Assembly: GCA_938004065.1 (NCBI GenBank)
Contig: CALKWM010000038.1
Coordinates: forward strand, 66,466 to 130,465
Length of the DNA stretch: 64,000 nucleotides
Direction of reading: 5' to 3'
Origin: an uncultured bacterium
GTDB taxonomy: Bacteria > Patescibacteriota > JAHJAL01
Shown: positions 1-10,000 of the stretch, piece by piece
Layout: each line of letters begins with the position of its first letter
How positions within the stretch are numbered: position 1 is the stretch's first letter
Translations under genes and position numbers: made by a program
The notes under the pieces: generated by a model
Seen by the model: the letters and a program-made list of their open reading frames with translations, nothing else
What the model was told of the DNA's origin: nothing
The model's database searches: none

Positions 1-981
1 TTTGTCTAATTTAAAATCAAAAGTGCTTCCGCCTGACGTATCAGAACCGTAAAGTTCCCATAAATCAGTTGAATCTACCCGGTAAGTAGTTCCAGTTTTG
101 TAATTCATGCTCGATGATCCTCGAAGCATTAGCTGATTAGATCCACCAGTATCAACTATATTTAATTTGCTCGCCGGGCTAGTTGTGCCAATACCAACTT
201 TTCCATCATTTTTTAAAGTCAAAGCGTTCTTTTCTCCGGTAATACTATCGTTCCAACAACGCAAATCGCCGGTAGTATCATCCTGATAAAATGCCCAGAG
301 ATTATTTGATCCGGACTGAATATCCATTTCAGCGTTGGTGCCGGTAGCAGTTTTAATATGTAGAGATTTGTTCGGTGCGTTTGTACCGATACCGACTTTG
401 CCGTCGGCTTCAACTTTGAATAATGGATTACTGCCGTTTTGAATGCCTAGTAATGTATCGGTGGCGTTGGAAGATGCCGGATTTAAACACAATAGACCTT
501 GGCAAATACCGGAACCCAATGCAGTACCGGAAAGATTGATAAATCCATCACCATTGACACTGTTGGCATTGATGGCTTGCGGGACACTGGTCAAAACACG
601 TCTGGGAGTCATCTCGGCATCTACACCGATCTGCACTCCCAGATAGTAACTACCGGAGGTAAAATCAAGATCCATAGCGCTATCGCCGGCTTCACCTAAA
701 ATAGTGGTAAATACCCCACCGGAGGTAGTGACAGATTTAGCAGTCGGAGAACCGCAATCACCTCGAGCACTCCATAGACAGTTACCACCGGAAGCCGCAT
801 CATAGATGCGAAATATTACATTGTAACTGCCGTCAGCTACCGGTTGACCGTCCGATGGACGGGTCAGTTTACCCTGGTAGTTGATTTGTTTGTTGACGGA
901 GGCAAATGCGGGACTCAAGGAAGACAAAAATAGTAACCCGATTCCGATCGCCAAACTGATTTTTTTGATTAAATTTTTCAT
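1..981 (-). CDS. Partial secreted fibre-like protein (INYQGKL...EMTPR N-terminal domain plus GKVGIGT repeats); runs off the window
   Basis: Manual translation from ATG at 981: MKNLIKKISLAIGIGLLFLSSLSPAFA (signal peptide), then SVNKQINYQGKLTRPSDGQPVADGSYNVIFRIYDAASGG...YYLGVQIGVDAEMTPRRVLTSVPQA, then two DGKVGIGT repeats; no stop before base 1. Absent from the ORF track because it is open-ended. Confidence 0.85.
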   Translation of the reverse strand, partial: MKNLIKKISLAIGIGLLFLSSLSPAFASVNKQINYQGKLTRPSDGQPVADGSYNVIFRIYDAASGGNCLWSARGDCGSPTAKSVTTSGGVFTTILGEAGDSAMDLDFTSGSYYLGVQIGVDAEMTPRRVLTSVPQAINANSVNGDGFINLSGTALGSGICQGLLCLNPASSNATDTLLGIQNGSNPLFKVEADGKVGIGTNAPNKSLHIKTATGTNAEMDIQSGSNNLWAFYQDDTTGDLRCWNDSITGEKNALTLKNDGKVGIGTTSPASKLNIVDTGGSNQLMLRGSSSMNYKTGTTYRVDSTDLWELYGSDTSGGSTFDFKLDK

Positions 982-1076
982 TTTTTATTTTTTATTATTT
1001 TTTGTTTATATTTTAATTTTTGTTTTGTTATCTTATGTTAATTTTTATATTATTTTAAATATTATTTTTTCATATT

Positions 1077-4000
1077 TTATGGTGAATCGGGTGTGGACCA
1101 GATGTAACTACCACGATCATCGCTACCGGTATCAAAGAAGTTAAACCATTCGGCGGTGGTAAATGAAGTCCGATCAGATGCGGACGGTCCGGAATCGATG
1201 GCTAGAATATCGGGGACAATGGTATTTAATTTATACACTCCGCTCCAACTACCCATACCTCCGGTGTTGTCTTCATTGCAAAGATATAATCTGTGGAAAC
1301 CGTTGCTAATGATATTTATTGTATCTAGGTTGTTAAATAATGTACCGGAAGAACGACAGGTGCTGTCATCACTGTCCCAGGAATATTTTGAATAATTTAT
1401 CCCAGATGACGTATCGGTTGTACTCAGAGTGATAGTCGGATTTGATCCATACCAGCGGTCGGAAGAATTATCAGCAGATACCAATGGATTAGTTTTGTCG
1501 TATTTTTCAATAAATTGACGTTCTGTTCCCCAATTATCCGCACCGGTAAATGGTCGAATGTGTTTGTAATATATACCTTCGGTAACCAATTGATTGTCGA
1601 GATAAGGATTGGTGGTCAAACGACGTAAGTATTCATTGTTAATTTCTGTATCGGTTAAAGTACGAGTGTAAATTTTGGCTTCGTCAATATCACCTTTGAA
1701 GTAGTAATTTTCACAAATATTTCCCAGAGTACCCGCTTCGGCGCCGATACACAATACCGAGTCCATATAATAGATATTGGTCGTCATGACAGTTTGTGTT
1801 TGAAATTGTCCATCAAGGTATAGTTTTACATTTGAGCCGTCATAAGTGCCCGCTACGTGATACCATGTATCATTATTTATAGCTGCGTTGGAAATACACG
1901 CATATTTGTATGAATTGTATCCATCACTAACCGCAAAGCAGAGTTGAGTATTGGATAAGCTTAAACTATAGCCACTATGCCTGGTTTTGGAAATAATTTG
2001 TTGAGAAGCGATACTTTTATCCTCGGTTTTAAACCATGCTGATACTGTTAGATTGGTAGCCGGTTTAAGCGTGTTGTGATCAGTTATCTGAATTTCATCA
2101 TCACTTCCATCAAAATAACGCCCATTACCCAATTGGCCGGTGGAAATAGTTGACCCATTAAATGTACCTTCATTGTTGTTTACTGAGTGATCCCAAGCGG
2201 TCGCGGTATTATCATTTTCAAAATTCCACCAAGCAGCTAAATCAGACTCATTGAATGCAGCAACTGATGAATCATTTTCCAAGTAGTAAAAATAATCATC
2301 TGAGGGACTGGCCGGATCAGTCCAGCTAAAAGAGATCTGATCATCCGATCCGGTGTCGGTATAACCAAACCACTGATCGGATGTCAAAGAAGTACGGTCA
2401 GCAGAAGACTGTCCGGCATCAATAGAGGCAAGATCGGGTGTAGTATTGTCCAGTTTGTATATACCACTCCAACTGTTTTGATTGTTTACATTGTCTTGAT
2501 TGCATAAATATAAAACATGAGTTCCATTTGAAGGGATATTGATGCTATCGCTGTTATTAAAATTGGTACCACTTGACCTACAGGTAGAATCATTACTATC
2601 CCAAGAATATTTGGAATAATTCAGTCCTGAATGATTGTCTATTGTAGTCAAAGTTATGGAAGGATTGATGGAATACCATTGTTCGGAATTACCGGAAGCT
2701 GAAAGAGTGGGAGCAGTTTTGTCATATTTTTCGATAAATTGATACTCCGTTCCCCAACTATCCACACCATTGATTGGCCGAATGTGTTTGTAAAAAGTAC
2801 CTTCAGTTGCGGTTTGACTATCCAAATAATTGTTTTGGGTTAAACGAATCTGATATTCATTTAATATCTCCGTTGAAGACAAAGCTCTGGTGAAAATTTT
2901 GGTATCGTCGATTTGACCGGCGTAAAAGTCACCTCCGGTTTGACGACGGCCAAAATACATTTGCGAATAGGTAGGAGCGGAACCTGAAGTAGTGCCCTTG
3001 GATATGCCATCAACAAAAAATTCATAAGTTGTACCGGAACGGGTAACGGCAAAATGATGCCAGTTGTTATCAGTCGCATTACCACCATAAACCACACCCG
3101 ACGGACCACCGGAATTTTCCAACAGAATATTGCCACTGGTATCGATACATACCTGCAATCCGGCATCACCGGCTTGGGCAAGATCAATAATACGCTCTTG
3201 ATAGACTGGGATAGTTGAAGCTTTGATCCAACCGGTTACTGTCAAATTACCGGGAATTGATGAAGCCAAAGCATTGTCGTGTAGATAATCACTGGTGCCA
3301 TTGAAACTTCTGGCCAGTCCCAAATTGCCGGATGTAGTGGAAGTGCCATACAAAGTGGCATGATTTTCTTGGCCACTATGATCGAGCGCAGTTGTTATGG
3401 TATCATCTTCAAAATTCCACCAACCTACCAAATTGGTATTGGATATGGCATTAACTGAGGAATCATTTTCCAGATAATAGAAATAATCATCAGACGGCGA
3501 AGAGGGATCGGTCCAGACAAATGAAATCTGGTCATCGGATCCGGTTTGTGAATAGTTAAACCAAGTATCGGAAGTCAGCGAGGTGCGGTCGGATGAACTT
3601 GGGCCGGCGTCAAGTAATACAATGTCCGGATCTATGTCGATGTAATATGTTAAATGATACGAACTGTCGGAATAATTTCCGGCAATATCCAGACACCGGA
3701 AATATACATCTTTCTGCCCTTCACCACTTAAGTCCAATGTACAATTGGTCGTACTGATGCAAGTATTGGCCATGGCGCCGTAGGTGAGATCTGATTCATC
3801 CCATTTACAACTGGTCGCATCGGCGGAAGCGGTATAGACGACAAAAGTTGAGCTATTGTCGGTACCGTCGCTGTAGGGAACGGATGTATCGCCAGCGACC
3901 GAGGTAATGCTGGTGACGGCTGGACGGCTGACGTCTTTTTCAATATTGAATGAGAATGTATCAGTATAATCGCCGCTTTCTCCGGCCCGGGCGTATAGCG

Positions 4001-7000
4001 TTACCGTGCCATTGCCAAGCGGATAACCGGTCCAGCTGGAGACATCTTCGTCGTCCTGAATGGTGGCGTTGGACAGCGGACTGATGGTCTGATCAATCTC
4101 AAACCAGTTGGTTTGATTCCAGGAACCATAACAGGTGACGGTGTTGCCGGTGGAAGAAGCGGTCACACCATTGCATTGAATATTGAAAGCGGCGATGTTG
4201 TTGGTGTTCATGTAGCTTTGCGAGGTGGAGGCGGCGGTCATGGAGAGATCACCTTCATAGTCCAAAGTGATTGGCCCCAAGCCGGGAGTCGGGTCGGGGT
4301 CGGTGGTAGTCAGAATCGCTTTATATTGAAAATATTGGTTTGGTGTAGAAGTAATAGTCGCGTTGGTGTTGTCTGTCAAATAGCCATCATTGGCCACAAT
4401 ACCAATATCATCAATCCAGAACGTTCGTCCTTGATTACCGTCCAAAAAGCGGAAAGATAATTCATCAATTGCATCGATGTGCGATGGCATGGCGCCAAAA
4501 ATATCAAAAGTCTCTTTCTGCCATTTGAAAACGTCGGCGTTGGCAGTGTAACCGCCACTCGGAAAAGTGCCACCGGCATCCCACAAAAAAACCGTTACTG
4601 CGCCGGTCGATTGATTGACGGTATTGACTGTGCCCTGGGCGATATATTCGGTGCCATCATAATTTTCGCGGACGATAATTTTGTCGCCGATAAATAGATT
4701 ACTGGCTTTTTGTGAAAGACCGCGAGTGGTAGCATCAACTGTAAATGATGTGTCGCCGGATCCGGAAATCAAATTGCCACTGTCCAATGATGCCCCAAAG
4801 TCAATTGTTGCCATATGAGTTCGTTTGCCGATTTCGTAGGCCTGGCGGATTTCTTCGGCAGTGCGGATTGTATTCGAAAGACGTACCTCATCAATCGTTC
4901 CGTTAAAGGCATAACTATATGGAGCTCCACTATAGGAACCGATGTCGAAATTATTGGTACTATTGACGATCGCTCCCTGAGCAACCGGCCCGCCCGATAA
5001 TTGACCATTAACGTAAATGTATATATTACTACCATTTAGAGTACCGGTCAGATGATACCAGGTGTCAAGCTGAGGCTGAAAAGAGGAGCTGGCGCACTGC
5101 CAGTCGCCATCATACACCATAAATCCAAAACGACTGGCGGTACATCCGGTAGATGTATAGTCATATCCGAACCAATACTCCCCTCCTTTACCAACAATTA
5201 AACTGCTAGTTTTATAACTATTAATTTTAACCCAGGCATCCAGTGTTACGCTACTGGGAGACAGACCATCGCTATCAAGTACAGTGACATAATCATCAAT
5301 ACCATCAAAATACCTGGCATTTCCGGTTTTTCCTTGAGTGGTTTTTGTTTCAAATCCCCGGCCTTCGTGATTATAGCCCGAGCTATCGACAGCAATCGGA
5401 TTATCTAGAACAGATATTTCTTGAAAAGTACCGGTATGGCGGTATTGGGCAATTTGCACCCGCAGACTTTCATTTACTTTGGCATTATCCGTTGCCAATA
5501 GTGTCGTCCAGTTGGTGTAAACACCGCCTTTGATTTCATATCTTGCTCCACCATTTGATAACAATGTAATCCTGACTTCATAAGTGGTGTTGGCGACATA
5601 GCCGGAACCATAGGGACCACCAGTTGAAGCACCGTCCTGATAGACATAAAAAGTGCCACCATTAAAATACAGTCCATGAGTCAAAGTGCTATAACTGCCG
5701 GATGAGGTCTGGTTTTGACCCCAGCCGATCATCATGTGATTGGGGGGAGCAACAGAAGTGCTTGTCCTAAATCGAGCGTAGAGCTGTTTACCGGCTTCAC
5801 GGGCAAATGTACCTCGAGATATAACACCCGAATCCCAGGCGGCGACGGTGCCGGCGGATAAAACTATACCATTATTTTGACTGATTTTATTTGCATTGGG
5901 ATCGACTTCCACCCAGTCGATTGTTCTGATGGTGGTACCGGATAAATCATAGGTTAATTTATCCTTGTTATCACCATCCAGATGCCATAAACCGACAGTA
6001 TTGGTGTCCGGCTGACCGTTGGCGTATGGTGATTCGCCGACAGTGGTATTGATGTGCGTGCCGGGTGAATCGGAAGCGATATAATAAGTCAGTTTATTGT
6101 TTGATGATAGATCTACGGGTGAAGCGAGCGAGCGAGTGAGGTAATGTGAGGCGCCGGCGCGGTAGGCCTCGGCGATTTCCTCCGGCGTGCGGGCAACATC
6201 GGAAATGCGAACTTCGTCTATATTGCCAGTATGATATAGATCCGTACCCAACGTATCGTAATGACCAATATAAATTGAGTCAGGATTATTGATATTGGTG
6301 AATTCATTGGCACTGACCGACCCGAACGAACAATTTTCGATGGCCTTTCTTTCTCCGTCGATAAATATCCTGTTGTCTCCATCACCCGTTGCGACCACCA
6401 CATGATGCCAGGCGCCGTCTAAATATTTTTCATGACCCTCACGCACGAACATGCCCAATTGATTGGTTCCACCGCGGCGTAGATAATACGAAATACTCTC
6501 GTCATCACAAAGGGATGTGACACTACCAACATATAAATGAGCAAGATCAGTATTAGCATCTTTATCCGTGATAGAGAAAATAGGACCGGCGGCGGTTGAT
6601 TTAAACCACATTTCGATCGTGCCCTGGTTACGGCCTTCCAACCCGGAAATATGGCTGGAGAGGTTAATATTGTCACTTATTCCATTGAAATATCTCGATT
6701 GACCGGAATATCCCGTGGAGATTGATGTACCGTTAGGCGTGCCGTTATATCCGTTTCCGGAAACGTCTTTGAGGTAATCAGAACTACCTGCCGTTTCCTC
6801 AAAATGCCAAAGACCGACGGTTTCCTCATCTGGTTGTATATAGCCAACGTTAATTTTTGTAGATTTGCCATTTTCTATACCAAACGATTCGTCCGAATTC
6901 AGGCCGTAGGGCATGGCAGAAAGTTGGGCAAAATATATTCTGGAATCTCCACTGGTAGCTCCCCGATACCACATCATATAACCTTGATCAGTTTTGATAA

Positions 7001-10000
7001 CACTTGGATATGAAACCCAGCTTTCATCTCCCGTACCGGATGTTCCCAAAGGGACCCGTCCCTCAGTAGATGAACTATTTGAAGTCAGGGGCGTGGTATT
7101 GTTGAATTTAACCCAGGTCTGACCATCGATGGATGTGGCATAGAAAATCCGATAATGCACTGTTGTGCTGGCACCAGAATACCACATTTTATAAGTTGAT
7201 CCATCCTTGATGACATGGGGGTCAAAAACACTCACACTGTCGCCGGAACTTATTCCCAGGGCAATGCGACCATTGGTACTGACTTGATTTGAGCTGGTTG
7301 GAATTGTGTTATCGGTTTTAGTCCAGTTTAAACCATCCGGTGAAGTGGCTTGAAAAATACGTGCGCTGGAGCCATCACTACCTTGGTACCACATTTTATA
7401 AATTGAACCGTCTTTGATCACATGAGGATTGGTAACCGAAGATGAGTCTCCCCGCCCGCTCGTTCCCAGCGGAATGCGACCGTTGGTTGAAGTGGTATTG
7501 GAGTTTGAAGGAATAGTATTGTCATATTTGGTCCAGGTAAGACCATCGGGAGAAGTGGCGTAGTATATCCTGAGATTACTACCATCACTACCGGCATACC
7601 ACATTTTATAGGTTGAACCGTCTTTGATAACGGAACCTTTGGCAAGTCCGGAAGAATCTCCCCGACCGCTGGTTCCCAGCGGAATGCGACCGTTGGTTGA
7701 AGTGGTGTTGGAACTTGAAGGAATAGTATTGTCATATTTGGTCCAAGTAAGACCATCGGATGAGGTGGCATAGTATATTCTGCCCGTACTACCATCAAGA
7801 CCGTTGTACCACATTTTATAGCTACCGTTCTCATAAATAACCGACGGGCCGGATGTCCCGCTATCATCTCCAGTGGTAAAATTACCAAAAGGTATACGAC
7901 CATCGGTCGAAGAACTGTCTGATCTAGTTGGGATCGAGTTATTTAATTTTACCCATTTCTGATTGATACTATTATTTTGGATGGACCAGTCATAGACAAA
8001 ACTGTTTTCTTCATTTACATCCATATCATCAAGTTGAGTGATAACACCCGCATCCGCTGGCTTCCACTCCTCCCACCCCCCATCTTCCGGTGTATCGTCG
8101 GAACCAGTGCGGGTTTGGAGTTCGATCTTGCCAGCCTGGTAATTGGATAATATTTCATCAGCATCCAGAGCGCGAGCATAAATTTGAGTAGAATCAATCA
8201 CGCCGCCAAAATATTCATACCTTGATCTACTTGTCCGGTTATAGCGACCAATTTCCAGATTGTTGCTTGGATCAATTGTGGTTGTACCTGGTCCATCTTG
8301 TTCATCTATCAAAGAGCCGTCAACAAAAATCCGAACCTTATCGTCATTTCTGTCCAAAACTCCAACCAGATAATGCCAACCGGGAGTAATTTTTCTGGTA
8401 CTAATCGCTTGGTAAACCGGCCCGCCGGCCGTGTCTACGTTGAATACCGGACTACAATCCACGACATCACTAACATAGCCACTAATAAGCAAAGAGTATC
8501 CATTATCAAAATCTCCGGCTGCCTTCGTGGCGATCGGAGAGTTGTAATCATCCGCCCGGCACGCTCGTAAATTTATCCAGGCCGCGACCGAAAATGAATC
8601 GGTGTTTGGATTTAGATTTGAATCGTGAGTAACGGTCACGTAATCGTCAGTTCCATCCATCATTAATGATCCGGTGCCCCATTTGCGGTTATTGGCTGTC
8701 CAGCCTGTTCCGGCGGCGGCATCTTGGCTGCCAGTGGAGCTAAAATTAGTCAAAGTGCCGGTATGGCCATTGCCAGATGCATCACTGGCGGTAGTACCGG
8801 AAGTTTCATTGAAATTCCATTGAGCAACCAGACTTTGATCGTTTTCCAATGTTTCACCGTCACTGGTGCGGACGCCGTATTCTTCCCAGGATAATGAATT
8901 ATAATTTGGATTGTTGATACCTAAATCGATGACATCGGAAGTGTATTCGCCATAGGGGCGAAGTTGAGCGTCGTAATATATTTCTTCAGGTGAAAGGGCG
9001 CGATTACTTATTTTTATCTCATCAATATCACCATCAAATGAGTCCCCGATAATCAATGGATAATCTGTCATTGATGTACCATTGGTCGAAATTGGCATCG
9101 GATTGGTCATTGTGCCAGTCAAAATTCCGTTAATATATGTATTAATGGTTGCCCCATCGAAGGTGGCGGCAATGTGATGCCAGCTTGTCGAATCAATCGT
9201 CCCTTCGGCCATGGCGCCGTTGGAATAACTAACAGCGGAAGCGTTATATTTCATGGTATCAATACCACCATTGGCAAAACCTTCAACTGTGTTGCCGACA
9301 ATACCAAGACCATAGAAATCACCTTTATTTATAATATTGGAACCATATGAAGCGGTCCAGATCTGATCGTCGGTGCCATCGTTTTGTAAATAAAAGAAAT
9401 AAAACTTAGAACCGACAATCTGCATCTGCGGGGAATATTTGGAATACGAATTATCAATTATTTTGGTAGTACTGAATGATTGACTATCTGTGTCCGAACC
9501 GGCAATCCAGATTTGATTGTTACTGCCATCATCCTCCTGCCAGACATAGTTTATTTTATTGCCTGTCACTTGCAGCTGCGGCATCGTTTTATCATAATTG
9601 CTATCTGTTAATTTGGTCGCGCTCCAGCTATTACTAATCAGGTCAACGACACCCGACCATATTTGATAATCACCATCAGTTTCGTACCAGGTGTAATATA
9701 TTTTTGAACCTATTACTTGCTGCTGAGGATAGTATCTTGAAGTATTGCCACTTGTTCTTGATGTGGCACTCCAGTTACTACCATCAGTTTTCATTGTGGC
9801 GGTCCATATTTGATAAAATAATCCTGATCTTTCTGTCCAGACAAAATATATGTTATCTCCGACGACCTGCAGTTGCGGATATTCTTTATTGTAGTTAGAA
9901 GTTGTTCTCTGAATAGCACTCCAGCCTGTTCCGTCAGTATTCATGGTAGCGGTCCAGATCTGGTTATAGCTACCGGTATATTCACGCCAGACAAAATAAA

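Noticed and set aside
881-1144. Hydrophobic 87-aa plus-strand ORF
   Set aside because: Translation of a T-rich intergenic tract, overlapping two real minus-strand genes.
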